Positions 9,141 to 16,597 of a DNA stretch of 64,000 nt are shown here, one piece after another; the stretch's first letter is position 1; each line of letters starts with the position of its first letter. The translations under genes were made by a program, and so were the position numbers. Below the pieces are notes generated by a model. It was not told the DNA's origin and made no database searches. It saw nothing but the letters and a program-made list of their open reading frames with translations. Source of the DNA: a virus (Duplodnaviria > Caudoviricetes); IMG/VR virus record IMGVR_UViG_3300037400_001134, positions 1 to 64,000 of that record; one strand, written 5' to 3'.

Positions 9141-9164
9141 GTTATATGTGAAAGGAGAACCAAA

Positions 9165-9485
9165 ATGAAAGCAACTAATGGAGAAATCAGAGAGTGGCTA
9201 AATAAACAGATTGAAGCCCTCAGAGTTATCAACGAAACCCTTGTTTTAGAAGAACATGAGGATAGTATTGATGACCTACTCAAAAATTTATCACGCAGAG
9301 AAAATATCCAGCTTGCCGCAGAGGCAGTAAGAGGTGTAGCTGACCGTCTTGACCTTGACTTGTATGTATCACATGATACAGGTAATACTGAAAACCCTTA
9401 TGAAGTAGCATTTATGTGGAAAGGCATTATGTTCTTTGGGTTAGAATCTGATGAAGAATATCATACAAGAGGACCAGTAGCATAA
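9165..9485 (+). CDS. Hypothetical early protein
   Basis: ATG 9165 after GAAAGGAG. Confidence 0.75.
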   Translation: MKATNGEIREWLNKQIEALRVINETLVLEEHEDSIDDLLKNLSRRENIQLAAEAVRGVADRLDLDLYVSHDTGNTENPYEVAFMWKGIMFFGLESDEEYHTRGPVA

Positions 9486-9501
9486 GCTACTGGTCTTTTT
9501 T
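9472..9501 (+). terminator. Intrinsic terminator
   Basis: GACCAGTAG-CATAAG-CTACTGGTC followed by a T-run. Confidence 0.8.
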
Positions 9502-9514
9502 AAGAGGTGAGATT

Positions 9515-9796
9515 ATGATGAAGTTTGTAACGACCTGTATAGATGAAAAGACTGGCTATACAATGGTGCTATCAGAAGTAAGCTATAATGTAGCTATGGA
9601 CTGGTTACAAAGGCAGTGCGAAAAGTATTTCAAGGAGATATTCAGAACCGAGAATAATGGTACAGATGATGTGTGGATATATGTAGGCACACCTAAGAAA
9701 GATATAAATCCTATGACAGGAGAGGTAGATGTGTGGTATACAAATCAAGTTGTATTCCACTATGATGAGTCAAGAGGATATTTGATGGAAGAATAA
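9515..9796 (+). CDS. Hypothetical early protein
   Basis: GAGGTG Shine-Dalgarno. Confidence 0.7.
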   Translation: MMKFVTTCIDEKTGYTMVLSEVSYNVAMDWLQRQCEKYFKEIFRTENNGTDDVWIYVGTPKKDINPMTGEVDVWYTNQVVFHYDESRGYLMEE

Positions 9797-9803
9797 TAAA
9801 GAT

Positions 9804-9844
9804 AAGCACTAGGAACTTTAACATTCCTAGTGCTTTTTCTTTTT
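9804..9844 (+). terminator. Intrinsic terminator whose 3' arm is also the upstream element of P5
   Basis: AAGCACTAGGAA-8 nt-TTCCTAGTGCTT followed by a T-run. Confidence 0.8.
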
Positions 9845-9874
9845 GGATATGTTACCTTATAATTGTAAACAACA
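9823..9874 (+). promoter_or_regulatory. Early promoter/leader cassette P5
   Basis: ATTCC begins 30 nt before (TG)TACCTT-ATAATTGTAAACAAC; weak -35. Confidence 0.7.
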
Positions 9875-9951
9875 GCAGAGAGTAAGTTTTACACCGCTGT
9901 GTATATCACCAGTGTAGATGCTGAAATCGCCACATATTGAAAGGAGAAGAT

Positions 9952-10269
9952 ATGATACTGAATGATGGATTTTACCCGTCAAAAGAGAGTGGGGTTGTGC
10001 TAGAGATGTTTGAGCATGAATGGACAAAACACCCAATGTCCGATAAATATGCGAAGGATATCGTTACTACCAGTAACAGTAATATTCAGACCTACTCTGA
10101 TGCCTTTATGTCAGAAATGGCGGGTGATGAAATATTTTTTGCAGACTGGATAAGATATAATGAGGGATTACTACCTTACATTAAGAAAGCCGCTGACACA
10201 GTGCATTGGCTACACAATGAAGGATATACAGATTACAAAGTAAATATGCAATCCGGGATAATCAAATGA
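9952..10269 (+). CDS. Hypothetical early protein
   Basis: ATG 9952 after GAAAGGAG. Confidence 0.7.
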   Translation: MILNDGFYPSKESGVVLEMFEHEWTKHPMSDKYAKDIVTTSNSNIQTYSDAFMSEMAGDEIFFADWIRYNEGLLPYIKKAADTVHWLHNEGYTDYKVNMQSGIIK

Positions 10270-10664
10270 TTATCCCTTATAATGGAAGGAGAATAGATAT
10301 GTCAACTATTATTAGATATGGAACAAAAGCAGGAGAAGAACTTGTAAGGGATATGAATTATAGACATCCTAAAGGAGAGACTCTTTATGATGTGTACGGT
10401 AAAGTTTCTTCAAAGAAGGCGAAAAGTTGGGAGAAAATCAGAGATGATTGCAACTACCTCAAAGGTAGACGCCTTCATATCATAGGAGCATCAAGTTATG
10501 GGTATTCCTGCATATATGCTTATCCTATATATGACCATAGAGATGAGAGCATTATATCCATGATGATTAGAAAGGAAACAAAGGCGAATACATACGAGAT
10601 GGAGATGCCTATAGAAGAGTACGATAAGAGGATAATACATAGTAGTACAAGGCGAATAAGATGA
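10266..10664 (+). CDS. Hypothetical early protein
   Basis: ORF track; ATGA overlap. Confidence 0.7.
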   Translation: MIIPYNGRRIDMSTIIRYGTKAGEELVRDMNYRHPKGETLYDVYGKVSSKKAKSWEKIRDDCNYLKGRRLHIIGASSYGYSCIYAYPIYDHRDESIISMMIRKETKANTYEMEMPIEEYDKRIIHSSTRRIR

Positions 10665-10671
10665 AATGTAG

Positions 10672-10707
10672 GCTACAGGAATTAAATGTTCCTGTAGCTA
10701 TTCTTTT
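10672..10707 (+). terminator. Intrinsic terminator whose 3' arm is also the upstream element of P6
   Basis: GCTACAGGAA-TTAAATG-TTCCTGTAGC-TATTCTTTT. Confidence 0.75.
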
Positions 10708-10740
10708 ACCTGTATGCTACCTTATTATTGTAAACAACAA
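10688..10740 (+). promoter_or_regulatory. Early promoter/leader cassette P6
   Basis: GTTCC begins 30 nt before (TG)TACCTT-ATTATTGTAAACAACAA. Confidence 0.75.
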
Positions 10741-10769
10741 ATACACATATGTACTGAAAGGAGTACCTT

Positions 10770-11051
10770 ATGAAGATTCAGATTATGGAAACAACAAACC
10801 CTATTTACAGAGTAGTTTTAGAGCATCCTGAGTATGGGATAGAGCGTCACGAAGTGGCTGTAGGGGGATATGACTATAACCCGTTTGATGGTGAAGATGC
10901 TTATGATGAGTATGTGGACACATTACTTACAATGTTAGAGGAGAAATACAACCCATATCATATTTGGCATGAGATGCACGTATACGCCGACTATTATATA
11001 GACGGTAAGATGTATACATCAGAGATTGTGCGAAAGGAAGATGAGGAATGA
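10770..11051 (+). CDS. Acidic hypothetical early protein
   Basis: GAAAGGAG Shine-Dalgarno. Confidence 0.75.
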   Translation: MKIQIMETTNPIYRVVLEHPEYGIERHEVAVGGYDYNPFDGEDAYDEYVDTLLTMLEEKYNPYHIWHEMHVYADYYIDGKMYTSEIVRKEDEE

Positions 11052-11347
11052 CCATATTTGATTATATCATAGAACATACTGCAACCGCATTAGAGGAAAG
11101 AAAAGAGCGGCTGATTAAGATGGATGCACCAGATATCCTTATAGATAATATAGTGGATGAGCTTATTCGCCTGTATCAAGGGGAGTTAATCTGTTTCGGT
11201 GATACCGAATTACTTGATGCAGAATTTAAAACCGTCATTCAGAAGAAAGGGCGAGGTGGTATACTGTACTACACATTTAATGGAGATATCAACTATTTCC
11301 CAAAAGCTAAATATGGTAGATTTGTAGCGAAAGGAGAAGTAAGATGA
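11048..11347 (+). CDS. Hypothetical early protein
   Basis: ORF track; coupled start. Confidence 0.7.
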   Translation: MTIFDYIIEHTATALEERKERLIKMDAPDILIDNIVDELIRLYQGELICFGDTELLDAEFKTVIQKKGRGGILYYTFNGDINYFPKAKYGRFVAKGEVR

Positions 11348-11556
11348 AAACTTATTTGGTAGCTATTAGAGATGTAAGAGGATTCACCATTATAGATAAT
11401 GAGGGATATGAATTAGAGTTTGACCTTAAAGAAGGCAGCCGTGTAAAGATATATGAACACGTAGAGACCTATAAAGACGAGATTACGGTTAAGTTGTTCA
11501 ATAATGAAGATATCGGAATAGTCAGCGCACAGGACTTCAAAATCGTTCAGGAGTAA
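11344..11556 (+). CDS. Hypothetical early protein
   Basis: ORF track; coupled start. Confidence 0.7.
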   Translation: MKTYLVAIRDVRGFTIIDNEGYELEFDLKEGSRVKIYEHVETYKDEITVKLFNNEDIGIVSAQDFKIVQE

Positions 11557-11570
11557 AGGAGAGAAGAGAT

Positions 11571-12083
11571 ATGATGAGGAAAGATGTAAGAAAAGTTAAT
11601 GGCAAGTTTCAGTTATTATTAGGTAAAAAGAATGATGCTACATATTGGCTGCAGAGAGCCCCATTCGACTGTGAATGGTATTGGGGTATAGGATATGTAG
11701 AGGGCTATAGAGGTAAAGGAAGTTCAGATAAGAACTGGAGAAGTCACCAACACTTTGATAGATTATTCTTTAATGGACCATCTGACTATAAAACCATGTT
11801 TGATAACTTCTTTGATGAGACCCCATTTACAGATAGAGAGGAGTGGCAGATATTAGAGCTTATGAAATCAGCATACACCTGCCGTGAATATTCAGATATG
11901 TTATATACAGGTGGGTCACATATATCAAGCACAGTAAAGGTTGAGGCGATAAAGAATGATACAGAGTATGAGAGAATAAATAAACAGGTAATTCCATCAA
12001 TACTCAATGAGCTATATAAAGTAATGTCGCCAGAAGATGTAAACATAGATATATTTCATAAAGTAAATCCCGTAGTGAGGTGA
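11571..12083 (+). CDS. Hypothetical early protein
   Basis: 170-aa ORF, AAGGAG Shine-Dalgarno. Confidence 0.8.
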   Translation: MMRKDVRKVNGKFQLLLGKKNDATYWLQRAPFDCEWYWGIGYVEGYRGKGSSDKNWRSHQHFDRLFFNGPSDYKTMFDNFFDETPFTDREEWQILELMKSAYTCREYSDMLYTGGSHISSTVKVEAIKNDTEYERINKQVIPSILNELYKVMSPEDVNIDIFHKVNPVVR

Positions 12084-12087
12084 GATT

Positions 12088-12243
12088 ATGATACACTGTG
12101 AGAACTGCCGCTATTATACCGAGAAATTCGACATAGATGATTGGACTGGTGAGTATTTTGATTTCTGTGAGTGCTCCGCATACTGTGAACCTATTGATGA
12201 TACAAATAAAACAGATTGTCCTGAATATATAGCATTGGGATAA
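12088..12243 (+). CDS. Cys-rich small protein (51 aa), absent from the track
   Basis: GAGGTG Shine-Dalgarno; MIHCENCRYY...CECSAYCE...CPEY. Confidence 0.6.
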   Translation: MIHCENCRYYTEKFDIDDWTGEYFDFCECSAYCEPIDDTNKTDCPEYIALG

Positions 12244-12340
12244 CAAATATGGCGACTTTCCAGCGTTTCCACTACATTTAATGATAAAAATATCAAGCGC
12301 ACAAGTGGAAGCGCTGGAATCGTCTGTAAATGAGTTGATT

Positions 12341-12397
12341 ATTCCTGTTGAATCACAGTAGCGGATATATTACCTTATTAGTGTAGAGAACAACAAC
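12341..12397 (+). promoter_or_regulatory. Early promoter/leader cassette P7
   Basis: ATTCCTG-TTGAAT-17 nt-TACCTT-ATTAGTGTAGAGAACAACAAC. Confidence 0.78.
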
Positions 12398-12423
12398 AGT
12401 TAGTTGAAAGGAGAAAACCTAAT

Positions 12424-12792
12424 ATGAAGAAGTTAACATATGAGAGTTCCGTAGCAGAGGTAAATAGAGTAGTAGCAGAGATTCGCCAGATTTGTGAGAG
12501 ATACAACTTCTGGAACAGAGAAATACGCCCTTACTCTTGGAGAATGACAGTCCGTGAGCTAGTAGAGAGTGAAGGATGGAATAAATATAAGGCTTATACC
12601 TTATCATCAAAAGCCGTCATTCGCCAAGAGATAAACGGTTTTGTAGATATTCTTGAACACTGGGTAGCATATGAGAATGAACCTATGGTCAAGATTCACT
12701 ATATAGCTGGTAGTAAAGTTGATATGATAGAGGAAGTACATGAAAGCCTTGCAGAGATATTCATTCAGGCACAGATGGCAGAGCTGGTGTAA
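12424..12792 (+). CDS. Hypothetical early protein
   Basis: GAAAGGAG Shine-Dalgarno. Confidence 0.75.
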   Translation: MKKLTYESSVAEVNRVVAEIRQICERYNFWNREIRPYSWRMTVRELVESEGWNKYKAYTLSSKAVIRQEINGFVDILEHWVAYENEPMVKIHYIAGSKVDMIEEVHESLAEIFIQAQMAELV

Positions 12793-12804
12793 ACCAGCTC
12801 TTTT
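12780..12804 (+). terminator. Intrinsic terminator
   Basis: GAGCTGGT-GTAA-ACCAGCTC-TTTT. Confidence 0.75.
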
Positions 12805-12806
12805 AC

Positions 12807-12860
12807 ATTCCTGTTGATAAGGTACTGCCTGTGCAGTACCTTATTATTGTAAACAGAAAC
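12807..12860 (+). promoter_or_regulatory. Early promoter/leader cassette P8 with a 12-bp inverted repeat
   Basis: ATTCCTG-TTGATA-17 nt-TACCTT; ATAAGGTACTGC-CTGT-GCAGTACCTTAT. Confidence 0.82.
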
Positions 12861-12886
12861 ACACATATGAAAGAGAGGACCCACAA

Positions 12887-13126
12887 ATGTTAATGATGTT
12901 AGAAGAAGTATTCCCGAGGCAGAATAGAATGAATGAGTATCCCATGGGGGAAGAGCAAGAGTTCCAGAGCATGAAAGAGTTTATAGACTGGAACATAGAG
13001 CAGATTGATGAAATCCTGAAAGATGCTCCAGAGGAGCAGATAACGAAAGACAAGCTGACCAGCGGTGAATATACAGTCTATGAAAAAGATGGAATAATCT
13101 ATGTAAGAGTGGAGGTAGAAGCATGA
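12887..13126 (+). CDS. Acidic hypothetical early protein
   Basis: GAGAGGA Shine-Dalgarno. Confidence 0.7.
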   Translation: MLMMLEEVFPRQNRMNEYPMGEEQEFQSMKEFIDWNIEQIDEILKDAPEEQITKDKLTSGEYTVYEKDGIIYVRVEVEA

Positions 13127-13308
13127 AAGTTGCAGAATTACTTGGAGCCATAGGAGAAAATCAAGATTACTATATTGTGACCGCTGATAGAAGGCCTGAA
13201 GTAATAGATGTGAAAACGGCGGTAGAACATGATGCGAATGTTTTAGGAATTGTAGCAGTAAGAGAAAACCTTATAAGGATAGAAACTAATTTCAAGTGGT
13301 ATTTATGA
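13123..13308 (+). CDS. Hypothetical early protein
   Basis: GGAGG Shine-Dalgarno. Confidence 0.65.
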   Translation: MKVAELLGAIGENQDYYIVTADRRPEVIDVKTAVEHDANVLGIVAVRENLIRIETNFKWYL

Positions 13309-13322
13309 GAGGAGAATAGCAA

Positions 13323-13532
13323 ATGATAGTAGTAAAGCCAGTAAGAGGAAATCATGTTATAGAGGTCACCGATTTTGGTAAATCAATGTATGGGGGTTGG
13401 TACTTAAACTTCTATGACCCTACATACGATAAGTATGACGGCATAAGAAGAGATACACTCCGTGAATTATGTGCGTGGTTAGGTGTAAGTAGGACAGCCT
13501 TAACTAGAGATGTAAGGAGATTAGATAACTAA
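13323..13532 (+). CDS. Hypothetical early protein
   Basis: GAGGAG Shine-Dalgarno. Confidence 0.7.
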   Translation: MIVVKPVRGNHVIEVTDFGKSMYGGWYLNFYDPTYDKYDGIRRDTLRELCAWLGVSRTALTRDVRRLDN

Positions 13533-13533
13533 T

Positions 13534-13588
13534 ATTCCAGTTGAAAGGGTACTGCATGAGCAGTACCCTATAATTGTAGACAACAACA
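13534..13588 (+). promoter_or_regulatory. Early promoter/leader cassette P9 with an inverted repeat
   Basis: ATTCCAG-TTGAAA-17 nt-TACCCT; AGGGTACTGC-ATGA-GCAGTACCCT. Confidence 0.8.
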
Positions 13589-13615
13589 CACACATATGCG
13601 AAAGGAGATACCGAT

Positions 13616-13876
13616 ATGCAGAGAAGAAAATCATTATCCGAGAAGGATATCAGAACAGTTTTAGCCATCATTGAGAGCTAACGTGAACAGAACCATTATA
13701 ACTATGAGGAGATGAACAGAAATATGGGCAGCCTTACAATCGAAGAGATGATGGCGCTAAATAAAAAGCTAGAAGATTGGTACCATAAAGATGATGTAGT
13801 AGATGAACTTGAGGATGTAGATATGGATGAATATAGGGAATCCTATAATGATTACATCCATTCATATATCTATTGA
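13616..13876 (+). pseudogene. Early ORF interrupted by an in-frame TAA at 13679-13681
   Basis: Strong Shine-Dalgarno and ATG 13616; the frame stays open after the TAA until TGA 13874-13876. Confidence 0.55.
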
Positions 13877-13893
13877 TAGAAAGGAGAACCGAT

Positions 13894-14193
13894 ATGAAAC
13901 TTTACAGAGACAAGGAAACAGGAAAGAAGTTATATCCAGTTTGTTCATGGGAAAAGAATCAGCACAAGTTATACAATGCCATAGATAGGGCACATAATGC
14001 AGTATCGGACCTTCTTGAAGATAAGAATGCCTCATATGAGGATATAGACAAAGCAGAAGAGTGGGTGACAGAGATAGAAAGGCTAACGAGTATATTCGAT
14101 AGCCATGTAGCCCCAAATGGTATAGTCTATGCGTTATGGGAAGATGCACAGAAAATAAAAGATGTAATATGGGCATACAATGCCAGACATTGA
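13894..14193 (+). CDS. Hypothetical early protein
   Basis: ATG 13894 after GAAAGGAG. Confidence 0.75.
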   Translation: MKLYRDKETGKKLYPVCSWEKNQHKLYNAIDRAHNAVSDLLEDKNASYEDIDKAEEWVTEIERLTSIFDSHVAPNGIVYALWEDAQKIKDVIWAYNARH

Positions 14194-14209
14194 GAAAGGA
14201 GAACCAATA

Positions 14210-14431
14210 ATGACAAAAGCATACGCAATAGGGGATTACAGTTACAAAATGGTAAGTGAGGCCATAGAGATGGTCAATCAGAACTGCGACAATGAGGGCG
14301 AAAAGAGGATACCCATGAAGTTCTACCATCTATATAATGCAGATGATAATGGGTGGTATGTAGAGTGTCTGCATGAAGAGGATGAACCAAGATTAGAGAG
14401 ACACCTTAACTATATATTTGGTATAGAGTGA
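14210..14431 (+). CDS. Hypothetical early protein
   Basis: ATG 14210 after GAAAGGAG. Confidence 0.7.
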   Translation: MTKAYAIGDYSYKMVSEAIEMVNQNCDNEGEKRIPMKFYHLYNADDNGWYVECLHEEDEPRLERHLNYIFGIE

Positions 14432-14465
14432 CTGGAAAATAAGGCGGGCGAAAAGACAACCTAAT

Positions 14466-14980
14466 CCATTTAAAAATCAATATATAGAACTAGGCAAATA
14501 TAAACCATCACCATAATATAGAAATCAATCTAAATCATAGAGGCCATGTAGCAATACATGACCTTTTAGTGTATACCATATGTCAATCTGTAGAAATCAA
14601 AAAGAGGGCGGTATAAGAGTCCTGTCCATCTATACCAATTATTATAACCAAATACACTACCATATATAATATCTAAAGAAACCATCTAAATACCATTGTT
14701 TAGCCATTTATGCCATGCCTTTATTTGGCTCGTATCTAGTGCCATTCAGTAGCCATCTAGCCATTTCGCTATTTCCATTCTTAGACCATATGCCCTACAA
14801 CCCTAATCATATAGACTATCACTAGCCTATCACCCTGGTGCCGTCCGACAAGATTTGCAAGCTATTTTTCAATTTTTTAGTAAAAGGTTGCATTTTTTGT
14901 CATGCCTTTATAGGCCATTAGGGGCTATCCCAAACTCCCTCATTCCCTTTATGCATTTTGCACAAATGGCACCAGGCCAT
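14466..14980 (+). repeat. CCAT-rich non-coding block 1
   Basis: About 18 top-strand CCAT (often GCCATT) in ~515 bp, counted by eye. Confidence 0.75.
14541..14567 (+). terminator. Intrinsic terminator
   Basis: AGGCCATGTA-GCAA-TACATGACCT-TTT. Confidence 0.6.
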
Positions 14981-15102
14981 TAGCTTTGCAGTCCTCTTAG
15001 AGGTTTTAGCGGGCGTCCTTATGAGGGAAAAGTGCCGAAAAAAAGGGGGTTGGTATCCGACTGGAAAAAGCCCGCCAAAATTTGTTCGTCAAATTGCACA
15101 AT

Positions 15103-15155
15103 AAACCTGTTGAATGGTTATAGGGGCTAGAGTACCATAAAATAAAAAACAGCAC
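15103..15155 (+). promoter_or_regulatory. Early promoter/leader cassette P10 (variant)
   Basis: AAACCTG-TTGAAT-17 nt-TACCAT; leader CAGCACACACATGAAAGAGAGG. Confidence 0.7.
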
Positions 15156-15179
15156 ACACATGAAAGAGAGGAAACCAAA

Positions 15180-15401
15180 ATGACAAAAGCACAGAGATGG
15201 GACCATTTAGTAAAGAGATTTGAGAGCTTCACCGAATTACAGAGAAGGGACCTAGATGTAGAGAAGTGGGATGATGCTATAAACAAGATGTACGGATGGA
15301 TAATCGCCGCATCAGAGTTCAATCCTGATTTAGAAGATGATATATCAACCCTTTGGACAGAGACTTATAATAGGGAGTTTAAGCAGAGGTATATGAAGTA
15401 A
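15180..15401 (+). CDS. Hypothetical early protein
   Basis: GAGAGGA Shine-Dalgarno; own promoter and terminator. Confidence 0.75.
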   Translation: MTKAQRWDHLVKRFESFTELQRRDLDVEKWDDAINKMYGWIIAASEFNPDLEDDISTLWTETYNREFKQRYMK

Positions 15402-15403
15402 TA

Positions 15404-15583
15404 TCCATCTACCCCATTTATATAGAAGAAACAGGGTTGCCATTAGTGGCAGCCCTTTTTATTGCATATTTTGACCTATGGCCATTAGAGGCCTATGGCC
15501 ATTATCCATTTCGCCCATTGCCCCATTGGCCCATTCCTCTACAGGCCCTTTGCTGACGTAGGCCATTGCAGTCCCCTGGCCCC
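15404..15583 (+). repeat. CCAT-rich non-coding block 2
   Basis: About 10 CCAT, six of them within 15481-15535. Confidence 0.7.
15433..15460 (+). terminator. Intrinsic terminator
   Basis: AGGGTTGCCA-TTAG-TGGCAGCCCT-TTTT. Confidence 0.8.
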
Positions 15584-15646
15584 ACACACAGGTGGTGTGG
15601 TGGTATGTGAGCTTCGCTCACAGAGGATCTGCTTGCACACAATGTA

Positions 15647-15673
15647 ATTGTAAACAATAACATTGTTTACAAT
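15647..15673. promoter_or_regulatory. Perfect 12-bp inverted repeat of the TTGTAAACAA motif (operator-like)
   Basis: ATTGTAAACAAT-AAC-ATTGTTTACAAT. Confidence 0.65.
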
Positions 15674-15915
15674 GAATATACATAAAAATGATAGATTTAT
15701 GTAAAAAGTGTATATCTACTATATAATGCAAAAAATTGAAAACTTTTTAAATTTGTTGTTGTAAACAATATCAAGTTATGATAATATGATATTGAGCTTC
15801 AATGAAGCGTGAGCTTTGAAGCGTGTTCTACATATTGCACTTTGACAAACATAGACACTTACGTGTCTATCATATGGAAACGTAAATATCACAATATGAA
15901 ACGGAGACAAGTATC

Positions 15916-16497
15916 ATGGAAAAAACAACTATTTTTAGCAACTATTCACTCAAGCAAGCAACATTCGATAACACAAACAAGCGTGTTGCAATGACAGACA
16001 AAGAGCTTGCAACGCTCAAAGCACTTTGCAAGACAAAAACGTTTGGTCTTGTATCGCTAATTGATGATATCGACAATATTGCAACGTTCAATGGTGACTA
16101 CGATTGTAAACTAGCTCAAAGCGGAAACGCAAAAGAGCACACATTAGTTTCGATATGGAGTCGTAACGCTGTAAAGCACGTTACAAAAAAGAGCGATTAT
16201 CGTGATTTTGGGGTTCGTTTTCACGTAGACAAGCTAGCAAAGCTTTATAGCAATAAAGACTTTGCAAAGCTGATAAAAGATAGCAGCGTGCAAGTATACT
16301 CACATAAAGATGGATTAGAAATCAGATTTACGTTTAACACGTTGTCAGATGCTATCAAGTTTATAGCTGATATCGACAACGCAACAAAAGAGACTAGCAA
16401 AGCAAAAGAGCAAAAGAGCAAAGCAAAAGAGACTAAAGCAAAGCAAAGCAAAACAAAGTCTAAAGAGACTACAACAGAAAAGAGCATCACAGCATGA
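15916..16497 (+). CDS. Proline-free 193-aa protein with a Lys/Ala-rich C-terminal tail, function unknown
   Basis: CGGAG Shine-Dalgarno, own terminator, no Pro, tail KETSKAKEQKSKAKETKAKQSKTKSKE. Confidence 0.85.
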   Translation: MEKTTIFSNYSLKQATFDNTNKRVAMTDKELATLKALCKTKTFGLVSLIDDIDNIATFNGDYDCKLAQSGNAKEHTLVSIWSRNAVKHVTKKSDYRDFGVRFHVDKLAKLYSNKDFAKLIKDSSVQVYSHKDGLEIRFTFNTLSDAIKFIADIDNATKETSKAKEQKSKAKETKAKQSKTKSKETTTEKSITA

Positions 16498-16561
16498 TAA
16501 TAACTTTTCTAGTCATCACTTTTCTAATCTTTTTTGCAATTGCTAGATTGACTCGATAAAG

Positions 16562-16597
16562 AAAAAGAGCTACTCAAAAAAGAGTAGCTCTTTTTTT
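16562..16597 (+). terminator. Intrinsic terminator built without GG or CC
   Basis: AAAAAGAGCTACTC-AAAAAA-GAGTAGCTC-TTTTTTT. Confidence 0.85.

Noticed and set aside
5915-9164. Repeated N-terminal peptide MLPYxCKQQH in ORFs 5915, 6968 and 9105, suggesting a conserved leader peptide
   Set aside because: It is the translation of the promoter -10 box and leader. The proposed starts lie upstream of the predicted TSS and lack an RBS, and true ATGs follow GAAAGGAG
13679-13681. Stop-codon reassignment
   Set aside because: A single TAA case; long genes are intact under the standard code and TAG, TGA and TAA all end genes
5888-15155. Early repeats as a CRISPR-like array
   Set aside because: Copies are degenerate, promoter-shaped and separated by whole genes, not by 30-40-nt spacers; no cas genes
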